In this document: positions 11,005-19,764 of the stretch, piece by piece | Layout of the letters: every line of letters begins with the position of its first letter | How positions within the stretch are numbered: position 1 is the stretch's first letter | From: Candidatus Dormiibacterota bacterium | Lineage (GTDB): Bacteria; Chloroflexota; Dormibacteria; Aeolococcales; Aeolococcaceae | DNA: 64,000 nucleotides | Assembly: GCA_963754015.1 (NCBI GenBank) | Contig: CAVWEG010000007.1 | Coordinates: 443,988-507,987 of the forward strand | Direction of reading: 5' to 3' | Notes under the pieces: generated by a model | What the model was told of the DNA's origin: nothing | The model's database searches: none | The model's input: only the letters and a program-made list of their open reading frames with translations | Made by a program: the position numbers and the translations under genes

Positions 11005-12345
11005 TTGGCACCATCGAACCGCAAGGAAGCCGTCGACGACCTCGTGGCGAGGGCGGAGACTGAACACGTCCGCCACATCGATCTCCAGTACACGGACGTC
11101 ATCGGCGGGGTCAAGACGGTCACCATCCCGGCTTCGCAACTCGGCCAGGCGATCAGCCACGGGACCTGGTTCGACGGCTCGTCGGTCGATTCGTTCGCCC
11201 GAACGGCCGAATCGGACATGTACCTCGTCCCCGATCCCTCCACGTTCCAGGTGCTGCCGTGGGGACAGGAGCGCACCGCGCGCCTGATCTGCTGGACCAC
11301 CACTCCGGACGGGGAGCCGTATGCCGGCGATCCGCGGGGCGTGCTCCGCCGGGCGGTTGAGGAGGCGGCGCGGCTCGGGTTCGAGTACCGGGTCGGCCCG
11401 GAGATCGAGTTCTTCATCCTCGAGCGAGCCGCCGACGGATCGCTTGCGCCGACGCGCCACGATCGCAGCTCGTACTTCGACTTCGCGAGCGACGGGAACA
11501 CCGATCTCCGCCAGCGCATGGTGAGCGCGCTGTTGAGCCTGGGCATCGCCGTCAACACGTCGCACCATGAGATCGCCGGCGGCCAGCACGAGATCGATAT
11601 CGACGCCGCACCGGCGCTGAAGGCAGCCGACGACGTCATCACCTTCCGCTACGCGCTCAAGGCCGTCGCGCAGCAGGCAGGAGCCATTGCCACCTTCATG
11701 CCGAAGCCGTTTGACGGCCAGCCCGGCAGCGGCATGCACGTCCACCAGAGCCTGCTCCAGGGCCGGGACGCCGGCAACGCCTTTGCCGGTGAGGACGCGT
11801 ACGGCCTCAGTGAGATCGCGCAGCACTTCATCGCCGGCCAGCTGCACCACGCCGCCGGCATCAGCGCGGTGCTGGCCCCGATCGTGAACTCCTACAAGCG
11901 CCTCGTCCGCGGCTTCGAGGCGCCGATCTTCATCTCATGGGCGCGCACCAACCGCGGCGCGCTCATTCGCGTGCCCCACGTGGGGCGTTCGCAGGCGACT
12001 CGCGTCGAGCTGCGCAGCCCGGATCCGTCGTGCAATCCCTACCTGGCGTTCGCGGTGATGCTCCGCTGCGGGCTCGACGGCATCGAGCGCCGGCTGCCGC
12101 TGCCGCCGCCGGTCGAGGAGTCCCTCTACGGCTTCGACGAGACCGAGCTGGAGCGTCGCAACGTCGGGATCCTGCCCGACAACCTCAAGGATGCCGTCGA
12201 TGCGCTCGAGGCGGATGAGGTCGTCATCGACGCCCTCGGCGATCACCTCGCCGAGCGTTTTATCGCTGCGAAGCGCCTCGAGTGGCTGGAGTACCGCGGG
12301 CAGGTGACTCCGTGGGAGATCAACCAGTACCTCGAGCGCTGCTGA
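11005..12345 (+). CDS. Glutamine synthetase family protein (446 aa, GS type I-like paralogue)
   Basis: ORF 10975..12345. I prefer TTG 11005, which has GGGAGG 7 nt upstream. GS beta-grasp and catalytic regions are present (DLQYTDVIGGVK, GPEIEFF, GSGMHVHQS, NSYKRL, RVELRSPD). Confidence 0.9.
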   Translation: MAPSNRKEAVDDLVARAETEHVRHIDLQYTDVIGGVKTVTIPASQLGQAISHGTWFDGSSVDSFARTAESDMYLVPDPSTFQVLPWGQERTARLICWTTTPDGEPYAGDPRGVLRRAVEEAARLGFEYRVGPEIEFFILERAADGSLAPTRHDRSSYFDFASDGNTDLRQRMVSALLSLGIAVNTSHHEIAGGQHEIDIDAAPALKAADDVITFRYALKAVAQQAGAIATFMPKPFDGQPGSGMHVHQSLLQGRDAGNAFAGEDAYGLSEIAQHFIAGQLHHAAGISAVLAPIVNSYKRLVRGFEAPIFISWARTNRGALIRVPHVGRSQATRVELRSPDPSCNPYLAFAVMLRCGLDGIERRLPLPPPVEESLYGFDETELERRNVGILPDNLKDAVDALEADEVVIDALGDHLAERFIAAKRLEWLEYRGQVTPWEINQYLERC

Positions 12346-12360
12346 TCGGATGCTCGGCAG

Positions 12361-14028
12361 ATGAGCGCGCCGACGATCACCGTCAAGGACGTCTGGCGGG
12401 GGGTGCTGCCTCCCGGCACGGACCTGCTCGGCGGTGGCGGAGGGCTCGAGCGCCGCGTCGAATGGGCCTGCGCGCTCCGCACACGGCCGCCCGCCTTCGA
12501 GGCGGTCAAGGGTGGCGAGATCGCGTTCGTGCCAGTCAAGAGCATCCGTCTCCTCGACGAGCGCCTCGATCTCCCCCAGGTGATGGTCAGCTTCGCCGAG
12601 AAGGGGGGAGTCGCGGTCGCGGTCGTCGGCGACGTCTCGGTCGAGAGCATCGCCGCGGCGGACCGCTTGATGATGCCGCTGCTCCGGCTGCCGGACGGCA
12701 TCCACGCGGGTGACGCCCACCACACCTGCGTCCGCTTCATCCTCGATCAGCGGGCGCTCCTCCACGAGCGTGCGCAGGAGCTCCAGCTCTCGCTGATGGA
12801 CCTGGCGCTCGGTGGGGCGGGCCCGAACAAGATCATCGAGAAGCTCGCAGAAGTGACGGGTTTGCCCGCCGCCTGGCAGGACGAGTCCGGCGACGTCCGC
12901 CACATCACGGCGTCCGATCTCCTGCTTCGCGACGAGCTCGCGGCGGAGGCGGGTGCGCTGCGACGCTGGGGGTTGACGGTTGCCGCGCTCGGTGCCGACC
13001 CGCCGGTGCACGAGTTCACGCTCGGGCGGAGCGGCTTTGCCGCGCTCGTGAGCCCGGTGCCGATGCGGGTCGGGATTGGCGGGTTCGTGTCCCTGATCGG
13101 CGATGACCAGCAGCTCGATCAGATCGCGCGCCTCGCGGTCGCCCGTGCCGCGTCCGCGTGTGCGATCGACTTCGACCGCGAACGCGCGGTCACCGAGACA
13201 CGCGACCGTCTCGAAGGAGAGTTCATCGCCTCGCTCCTCACCGGTTCGTACTCGTCGGAGCGGGTCGCGCAGGAGCGGGCACGCCGGCTCGGCGCGGACC
13301 TCTCAGGGCGCGTCACGGTGATCGCGTTGCGCGGCACGATCCCGTCGGCGTCGTGGGAGGCCCACGCGCTTCGAGCGGTGCAGAACGTCATCGCCCGACG
13401 CGAGGTGCGGGCACTCGTCGCATCTCACGACGACGCCGTCTGCCTGCTGGCCATGCCCGAGACCGAGATTGCAGCCGATGCGATGTACCGCCTCGCGGAG
13501 ACGGTGCGCGCCGAATGCGCGTCGGCGACCGGCGACACCTCGACGTCGCTCGGCCTCGGCAGGACGCACGACGGGCCGGCCGGCGTCCGCCAGTCGTACC
13601 GCGAGGCCGAGCATGCGCTCGAGATGGGCCGGCGTCTGCTCGGACCGGGACGGCAGGCGAGCTTCAGCGACCTCGGCCTCCACCGCCTCCTCTTCGCGAT
13701 GGCGCAGCACCCCGAGTTGAGCGACTACTACCGGGGCAGTGTCGGTGACCTGCTCGCGTACGACGAGCGCTCGAGCGCGGAGTTGATGACGACGCTCGAC
13801 GCGTTCTTCGCGGCCAACGGCTCACCGACCGAGACCGCGCAGCGCCTCCACCTGCATCGCAACACAGTCCTGTACCGGCTGCGGCGCATCGAGGAGGTCG
13901 GTCACCTACGCCTCGACGACCCCGCGACGAGGCTCAACCTGCATCTCTGTCTGCGCATTCGCGACGTCCTGCAGGCGGGCGCCGCACGGGGCGCCCAGCC
14001 GGAGCCGGAGGCGGGTCCGGACGGCTGA
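12361..14028 (+). CDS. PucR/CdaR-family transcriptional regulator
   Basis: 555-aa ORF with a C-terminal PucR-type HTH: TLDAFFAANGSPTETAQRLHLHRNTVLYRLRRIEEV. Confidence 0.85.
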   Translation: MSAPTITVKDVWRGVLPPGTDLLGGGGGLERRVEWACALRTRPPAFEAVKGGEIAFVPVKSIRLLDERLDLPQVMVSFAEKGGVAVAVVGDVSVESIAAADRLMMPLLRLPDGIHAGDAHHTCVRFILDQRALLHERAQELQLSLMDLALGGAGPNKIIEKLAEVTGLPAAWQDESGDVRHITASDLLLRDELAAEAGALRRWGLTVAALGADPPVHEFTLGRSGFAALVSPVPMRVGIGGFVSLIGDDQQLDQIARLAVARAASACAIDFDRERAVTETRDRLEGEFIASLLTGSYSSERVAQERARRLGADLSGRVTVIALRGTIPSASWEAHALRAVQNVIARREVRALVASHDDAVCLLAMPETEIAADAMYRLAETVRAECASATGDTSTSLGLGRTHDGPAGVRQSYREAEHALEMGRRLLGPGRQASFSDLGLHRLLFAMAQHPELSDYYRGSVGDLLAYDERSSAELMTTLDAFFAANGSPTETAQRLHLHRNTVLYRLRRIEEVGHLRLDDPATRLNLHLCLRIRDVLQAGAARGAQPEPEAGPDG

Positions 14029-14053
14029 GCACCCTTGTTGGCCGGCGCAGACT

Positions 14054-15172
14054 TCAGTGGAGCAACTCGAACGAGTTGGTCGCGTCGTCCACGAAATAGA
14101 CGCCGTTGCGGAGGGGAGTTACAACGAGACCGAAGAGCGCGCCGCTGCCTGGCGGTGAGCCGCTCGTGTCGAGCCACTGGAAGCTGTTCTGCATCCCACT
14201 CGGCGTCGTCTCGACGATCCTGCCGTCGCCGGCGTTGACCGTGAGGATGTCGCCGTTGGGAGCGAGCGTCAGGCCAAGCGGTGCGTTGAGCCGGCCGTTG
14301 CTGCTCACGTCGGCGCCGCTGAATGCGGTGCTCATGCGGTTGAACGCATCGGGAATCGCGGCGATGCGGTTGGCTGCGGTGTCGGCGACGTAGAGCGTGC
14401 CATTTGCGCTGACGGCATCACCCGTCGGGCCGACGACGAGCGCCGCCGGATCCGTCCGCTCCGAGAAGCCGGAACCGATCACCCTGCTCGACACCACCCA
14501 TGGGGCGGCACTGCCACCGGTGTGGAGGACGAGGCGGACCACGGTCCCGCGGTTGACGATTCCGCCGCTCGCCGCGACGGTGCCGTTGAGGACGTTGGTG
14601 ACGAAGACGTAGGAGAGATCGCCGCGATCCACCGCCGTCAGGTCCCAGGGTCCGTTGATGCCGTCCTCGTTGTTGAGGGTCTCAACGAGGTTGCCGTTGC
14701 TGTCGAGGATGATCAGGCAGCCGGCCTTGGCCGTCGGCGACATGCCGTTGGACGTCGGCAGCGACCCGACGATGACCCACTTGTTCTGCAGGATCGCAAG
14801 GGCGGTGGTGAGGCCGACGCCGCCGGTGCACTCGCCGCTGACCTCACCTGAGGTGATGCGCGCGAACACCGAGCGCCCGCCGTGCGGGGTCATCTGCACG
14901 ATCGTCGTGCCGGTTCCCTGCGCGTTCGTCGCGTTGTTGAAGTTGCTGACGAGGACGTTGCCGGCGACAAGGCTGCCACGGCTCTGGGCGACGAGCGCCA
15001 TGCCGTATGGGTTGACGTCGCCGTTGAACGGCACCGTCGAGCCGAGCACCGATACCTTGGTGAGGCCGCCGATGAACGAGCCGCCCGCAGCGGCGGTCAC
15101 CGATCCCGTGGCGATGCCGATGACCGGCAGCGCGACCATCGCGATCCGGCCGAGCACGTGTCTGCGTCGCAT
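14054..15172 (-). CDS. Secreted NHL/beta-propeller repeat protein
   Basis: This is the C-terminal 372 aa of ORF 14054..15628, from [23 protein letters not shown] (signal peptide). It has repeated Gly/Asn-rich blade-like units ([27 protein letters not shown]). Confidence 0.75.
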   Translation of the reverse strand: MRRRHVLGRIAMVALPVIGIATGSVTAAAGGSFIGGLTKVSVLGSTVPFNGDVNPYGMALVAQSRGSLVAGNVLVSNFNNATNAQGTGTTIVQMTPHGGRSVFARITSGEVSGECTGGVGLTTALAILQNKWVIVGSLPTSNGMSPTAKAGCLIILDSNGNLVETLNNEDGINGPWDLTAVDRGDLSYVFVTNVLNGTVAASGGIVNRGTVVRLVLHTGGSAAPWVVSSRVIGSGFSERTDPAALVVGPTGDAVSANGTLYVADTAANRIAAIPDAFNRMSTAFSGADVSSNGRLNAPLGLTLAPNGDILTVNAGDGRIVETTPSGMQNSFQWLDTSGSPPGSGALFGLVVTPLRNGVYFVDDATNSFELLH

Positions 15173-15310
15173 GGACGAAGCCCCCTGGACGCCGGACGGG
15201 TCTCCGCAACCGCCTCCGACGGCGCCCGACAGACTCCTACGGAGCGTGGTTACGGCATGTCCGGTCGGTACGGCAGAGTGCGAACGAGCGTGCTTGGTAG
15301 ACTCGCGGCG

Positions 15311-15604
15311 ATGACATACATCGTCACGGAGACCTGCGTCGATCTGAAGGACAAATCCTGCATCGAGGTTTGCCCTGTCGACTGCATCCACGAGGCGGAC
15401 GAGGACCGCATGGTCTTCATCGATCCGGACGAGTGCATCGACTGCGGGGCCTGCGTCGACCCGTGCCCGGTCGACGCGATCTATGCCGAGGAGGACGTGC
15501 CCGAGACGCAGGTCGCCTTCGTCGACATCAACAAGGTCTACTTCAAGGACAAGGCGCTCGCCCGCTCCCAGCTGGCCGGCGTCAAGCCTCCGGACGCTGC
15601 CTGA
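15311..15604 (+). CDS. fdxA: Ferredoxin (3Fe-4S/4Fe-4S, FdxA type)
   Basis: In-frame ATG within ORF 14882..15604. Sequence reads [27 protein letters not shown]...[16 protein letters not shown]. Confidence 0.9.
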   Translation: MTYIVTETCVDLKDKSCIEVCPVDCIHEADEDRMVFIDPDECIDCGACVDPCPVDAIYAEEDVPETQVAFVDINKVYFKDKALARSQLAGVKPPDAA

Positions 15605-15636
15605 CCGATCCGCTTGGTCGGTTTGCACCGACTCGT

Positions 15637-15653
15637 TTGTGCACCGCGCACAA
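15637..15653. promoter_or_regulatory. Inverted repeat TTGTGC-N5-GCACAA upstream of glnA
   Basis: Perfect 6-bp arms, preceded by a direct repeat GTTTGCACC / GTTTGTGCACC (15621-15645). It lies about 140 nt upstream of the glnA start. Confidence 0.25.
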
Positions 15654-15794
15654 GCACTGTGGATGAACCGTCGGTCTCGGTGTCCATAGTCTGGTCGGAG
15701 CGCAATCCCTAGGCTTCTCCGTAGAGAGTGCCGCTGCGATCGATGTGTCCCACGGTGGCCGCGGTGAGATGTCCACGGTTCCGGAAGGAGTCCT

Positions 15795-17291
15795 ATGGCA
15801 GTCGATCAGTCGTTAGCCCTGAGAGGAGTTCAACAAGAGGTGGCACCAGTGACGTCTGCGCCCGCAAAGCCAAAGACCAAGCCGGCAGATGTCATCCGCG
15901 ACGCCCGGGAACGCGGCATCCAGATGGTGGACCTCCGGTTCACGGACCTCTTCGGCGCGTGGCAGCACTTCAGCATCCCGGTCGGCGAGATGACCGAGGA
16001 CCTCTTCAAGGAGGGCATCGGCTTCGACGGGTCAAGCATCCGCGGCTTCCAGAAGATCTTCGAGAGCGACATGCTCCTGTTTCCCGACGCGGGACGGACA
16101 TTCGTCGACAGCACGCTCGAGATTCCAACGATGGCGATCGTCTGCGACATCAAGGACCCGCTCACGCTCGAGAGCTACAGCCGTGATCCCCGGTACGTCG
16201 CGCACAAAGCCGAGGAGTATCTGCTCAGCACCGGCATCGCTGACACATCGTTCTGGGGACCGGAGCTCGAGTTCTACATCTTCAACTCGATCCGCTTCGA
16301 CCAGAACACCCACGAGGGCTACTACCACATCGATTCTGACGAGGGCATCTGGAACACCGGCAAGAACGGCACGGCGAACCTGGGCTTCCGGCCGAAGCTG
16401 AAGCAGGGCTACTTTCCGACGCCGCCGGTCGACAAGCTCCAGGACCTGCGCAGCAAGATCGTGCTTGCACTCATCGATGCCGGCGTGCATATCGAGGTGC
16501 ACCACCACGAGGTCGGCACCGCCGGTCAGACCGAGATCGACATGCGGTTCGACTCGCTCGTGAACATGGCCGACAAAGTGCTCATGTACAAGCACATCGT
16601 CAAGAACGTCTGCTACCAGAACGGCTACACGGCGACGTTCATGCCCAAGCCGCTCTTCGGTGACAACGGCAGCGGCATGCACACGCATCAGTCGCTCTGG
16701 AAGGACGGCGTGCCGCTCTTCTACGACAAGGACGGCTACGCGCTGCTCAGCGACACGGCGCGCTGGTACATCGGCGGCCTGCTCAAGCACGCGCCGGCGA
16801 TCCTCGCGTTCGCGGCGCCCACCACGAACAGCTACCGGCGCCTGGTGCCGGGATACGAGGCACCGATCAAGCTCGCGTACAGCGCACGCAACCGCAGCGC
16901 CTGCATCCGAATCCCAACGTACAGCGCGGCGCCGGCAGCCCGACGCCTCGAGTTCCGCTCGCCGGACCCGATGTGCAATCCGTACCTCTCGTTCTCGGCC
17001 TGCCTGATGGCCGGGCTCGACGGGGTCAGGAATCAGATCGAGCCGCCGAAGCCCGTTGAGGCCGACCTCTACGAGCTCGAGGGCGAGGAGAAGGCGCGGG
17101 TCAAGGACCTCCCCGGTTCGCTGACCGAGGTGCTCAACGCACTCGAGGTCGACAACGACTTCCTGCTCGAGGGTGGCGTCTTCACCCAGGACCTCATCGA
17201 CATGTACATCTCGTACAAGCGCGAGAACGAGGTCGACCCGGTCGCGCTGCGGCCGCACCCGTACGAGTTCGCTCTCTACTACGACGCGTAG
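15795..17291 (+). CDS. glnA: Glutamine synthetase type I
   Basis: 498-aa ORF with GGAAGGAG upstream. Classic GSI blocks are present (DLRFTDLFG, GPELEFY, GSGMHTHQS, NSYRRL, RLEFRSPD). The N-terminus is about 25 aa longer than usual, so an internal GTG start is possible. Confidence 0.95.
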   Translation: MAVDQSLALRGVQQEVAPVTSAPAKPKTKPADVIRDARERGIQMVDLRFTDLFGAWQHFSIPVGEMTEDLFKEGIGFDGSSIRGFQKIFESDMLLFPDAGRTFVDSTLEIPTMAIVCDIKDPLTLESYSRDPRYVAHKAEEYLLSTGIADTSFWGPELEFYIFNSIRFDQNTHEGYYHIDSDEGIWNTGKNGTANLGFRPKLKQGYFPTPPVDKLQDLRSKIVLALIDAGVHIEVHHHEVGTAGQTEIDMRFDSLVNMADKVLMYKHIVKNVCYQNGYTATFMPKPLFGDNGSGMHTHQSLWKDGVPLFYDKDGYALLSDTARWYIGGLLKHAPAILAFAAPTTNSYRRLVPGYEAPIKLAYSARNRSACIRIPTYSAAPAARRLEFRSPDPMCNPYLSFSACLMAGLDGVRNQIEPPKPVEADLYELEGEEKARVKDLPGSLTEVLNALEVDNDFLLEGGVFTQDLIDMYISYKRENEVDPVALRPHPYEFALYYDA

Positions 17292-17330
17292 ACGCGAGCG
17301 CAGCTAACAAGCACACCCCTTCCTGGACAG

Positions 17331-17359
17331 GGGGCCGGGTTCGTCGCCCGGCCCCTTTT
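17331..17359 (+). terminator. Intrinsic terminator after glnA
   Basis: ggggccggg-ttcgtcg-cccggcccc followed by tttt. Confidence 0.75.
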
Positions 17360-17390
17360 CATGTCCGGGGCCGGACGGATCGGAGCGGTC

Positions 17391-17744
17391 CTACTCGCTC
17401 GGCCGCGGTCGGAGGACGCAGAACTCGTTGCCTTCCGGATCGGCCATCACCACCCAGGTGACCTCGCCCTGCCCGATATCGGCTCGCCGGGCGCCGAGCG
17501 AGATGAGGCGCTCCACCTCGGCTTCCTGGTTGTCCGGACGGAGGTCGAGGTGGATCCGGTCCTTGACCGACTTGCCCTCGGGGACCTGGAGGAAGAGGAT
17601 GTCCGGGCTCTCGCCGCCCGGCTCGATCCACCATTCACCGTCGTCGGGTCCCTGCAGCTCGAGACCGAGGGCCTCGCCCCAGAAGGAACCAACGAGGAGC
17701 GGGTCGGAGCAGTCGATCACGATGTTCTGCCAGCGAAGGGACAT
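17391..17744 (-). CDS. VOC (glyoxalase/bleomycin-resistance fold) family protein
   Basis: This is the C-terminal 117 aa of ORF 17391..17807, from MSLRWQNIVIDCSDP. The ending DPEGNEFCV is typical of VOC proteins. Confidence 0.8.
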   Translation of the reverse strand: MSLRWQNIVIDCSDPLLVGSFWGEALGLELQGPDDGEWWIEPGGESPDILFLQVPEGKSVKDRIHLDLRPDNQEAEVERLISLGARRADIGQGEVTWVVMADPEGNEFCVLRPRPSE

Positions 17745-17788
17745 GTGTGTGAGTGTATGGAACGAGCGCTCGCGGGCGTCCTCACCGA

Positions 17789-19732
17789 ATGACTGCAGAT
17801 CACACACCCCACGACCTCACCACGCCCAGCGAGAGTGCGCTTCGTCGCGCCGCCGACGAGTTGGCGTTCACGAACAAGCAGATCGAGATCCTCACGCGGC
17901 AGCTCGCCGTCGCGCAGTCCGGCCGGTCGGCGCAGGTGGCTCGAGTCATCTCGCGCGCCGCGAGCCGAGCCGTGCCGGTCGACACGGTGCGCAGGCGGGT
18001 GGTTGCGGCGCCGCTCCGCACCGTGTCCGCGTTGTGGGGCGGTGACCTGACCGCCGCACTGCACAGCTGGGACCCGAACGTTGCGCCGCGGCTCGCGGCC
18101 GAGGACCGGCGCTGGAACAGCTTCTGTGCGCGCCATGATCCGAAAGCGGCTCGGCTGCGCATCATGCGAGACCGTTCTCGCGCGTGGGCGGATCGTCCGC
18201 TGGTCAGCGTGCTGCTGCCGACGTACGAACCTGACGCGGCGTATCTGCGTGCGGCGATCGAGTCGGTCATCACGCAGGCGTACGAGCACTGGGAGCTGTG
18301 CATCGTCGACGACGGGTCGCCGTCGACTGTTGCCGCGGATGTCGTCGCGGCGTTCGCCGGCGACGCGCGTATCCGGTTCACGGCGAGCGCCACGAACGGC
18401 GGCATCGCCGCGTCATCCCAGGCCGCCGCGGATATGGCGACCGGCGATTGCATCGCTTTGCTCGATCACGATGACGTGCTCCGTCCGCACGCGCTCTTCG
18501 AGATGGTCCGGTATCTCCGGTCGCACCCGAGGTGCGATTTCGTCTACTCGGATGAGGACAAGCTCGATCCGCGGGGGCGGCGCGTCAGTCCATTTCTCAA
18601 GCCGGACTGGTCACCGGAGCTGCTCGAGAGCTGCAACTACATCACCCATCTGACGGTGATTCGCAAGGCGCTGTTCGACCGAGCCGGCGGGTTTCGTCAA
18701 GGCTTTGACGGCAGTCAGGACTACGACCTCTTTCTGCGCTGCACCGAAGTTGCGACTCACATTGGTCATGTTCGCGAGGTGCTGTACACGTGGCGGATGC
18801 ACGAGGGCTCGGCCGCAGGCAACGAGAATGCGAAGCCCCATGCCTATACCGCAGCGGTCCGCAGCCTCGAGGAGCGGCTCGAGCGATCCGGCGATGCCGG
18901 GACTGTGCGAGACGGCGCGTGGACGGGTTCGTACCGCATACGCCGGCCGATTGCCGGCACGCCGTCGATCACCGCGATTGTTGCCGCACATAAAGGAGCG
19001 GACCGCGTGCGCAACGCCGTCGCATGCCTCGAGCGTGCTGCTCACGAGCGCGACGTTCGCATCGTGGTCATCGACATGGGTGGCGCTGACGAGGAGCTGC
19101 GCGCCTCCCTCGAGCAGCGTGGACATCGAGTCGTCTCGGATGCCGATATGGTTCGCGGTCGCGCCGTCAACGCGGCGGTCGCCGCCGCGGACCCGTCAGA
19201 CCACGTGCTGCTGTTCAGCGAGGACGTCGTTGTCGGCCGGCCCGGTTGGCTCGACGCGCTGCTCGAGCACAGCGCGATGTCCGGGGTCGGCGCCGTGGGC
19301 GCCCGGCTCCTCGATGACGCGGGCGGCGCGCCGCGCGACGGCGTGCGCGTCGGGAGTCAGGGGAAGCCGCGCGAGAACATCGATCTCTCGAGCTACCTCG
19401 GCATGGGATCCGTGACGCGAACAGTGACGGCCGTGAGCGGCGACTGCATGCTCATCAAGGCGTCGTTGTGGAACAGCGTCGGCGGTCTCGACGCCGCGTA
19501 TGCGACCGACTACGCGGACCTCGACCTCTGCATGCGATTGACACGCTCAGGGCACCGCAACGTGCAGACCCCTGACGCCGAGCTGTTCGTGCGTGTGCCC
19601 GCCGATGCTCCGCCGCTGCACGCGAACGACGACGAGCGTCTGTTCACCTCGCGCTGGGGGCCGTTCACCCAGGGCTACGACCGCTACATCGGCGGTCACA
19701 TCGTGTCGTTCAGCCCGCTCGACTTTCGCTGA
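17789..19732 (+). CDS. Glycosyltransferase family 2 (two GT-A domains)
   Basis: ORF 17753..19732. First GT2 core is VSVLLPTYEPDAAYLRAAIESVITQAYEHWELCIVDDGS. A second GT-A-like half has DCMLIK. The N-terminus looks coiled-coil. Confidence 0.85.
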   Translation: MTADHTPHDLTTPSESALRRAADELAFTNKQIEILTRQLAVAQSGRSAQVARVISRAASRAVPVDTVRRRVVAAPLRTVSALWGGDLTAALHSWDPNVAPRLAAEDRRWNSFCARHDPKAARLRIMRDRSRAWADRPLVSVLLPTYEPDAAYLRAAIESVITQAYEHWELCIVDDGSPSTVAADVVAAFAGDARIRFTASATNGGIAASSQAAADMATGDCIALLDHDDVLRPHALFEMVRYLRSHPRCDFVYSDEDKLDPRGRRVSPFLKPDWSPELLESCNYITHLTVIRKALFDRAGGFRQGFDGSQDYDLFLRCTEVATHIGHVREVLYTWRMHEGSAAGNENAKPHAYTAAVRSLEERLERSGDAGTVRDGAWTGSYRIRRPIAGTPSITAIVAAHKGADRVRNAVACLERAAHERDVRIVVIDMGGADEELRASLEQRGHRVVSDADMVRGRAVNAAVAAADPSDHVLLFSEDVVVGRPGWLDALLEHSAMSGVGAVGARLLDDAGGAPRDGVRVGSQGKPRENIDLSSYLGMGSVTRTVTAVSGDCMLIKASLWNSVGGLDAAYATDYADLDLCMRLTRSGHRNVQTPDAELFVRVPADAPPLHANDDERLFTSRWGPFTQGYDRYIGGHIVSFSPLDFR

Positions 19733-19764
19733 CGTCGCTTTGCAGCGGCGCCCGCGCGGACCGG

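Noticed and set aside
15605-15794. Glutamine riboswitch or T-box-like leader upstream of glnA
   Set aside because: I could not find the conserved glnA-motif core or any T-box specifier/antiterminator elements. Only the DNA-level repeats reported above are present.
16032-17258. 408-aa minus-strand ORF antisense to glnA, plus similar long antisense ORFs at 8614..9591, 11935..13011, 46376..47050, 48081..49007 and 50375..51325
   Set aside because: All lie opposite genes with unmistakable family signatures (glnA, thiC, GS-like, coxA, ctaA, ctaG). All translate to Arg/Asp/His-rich junk. They reflect stop-codon scarcity at high GC.
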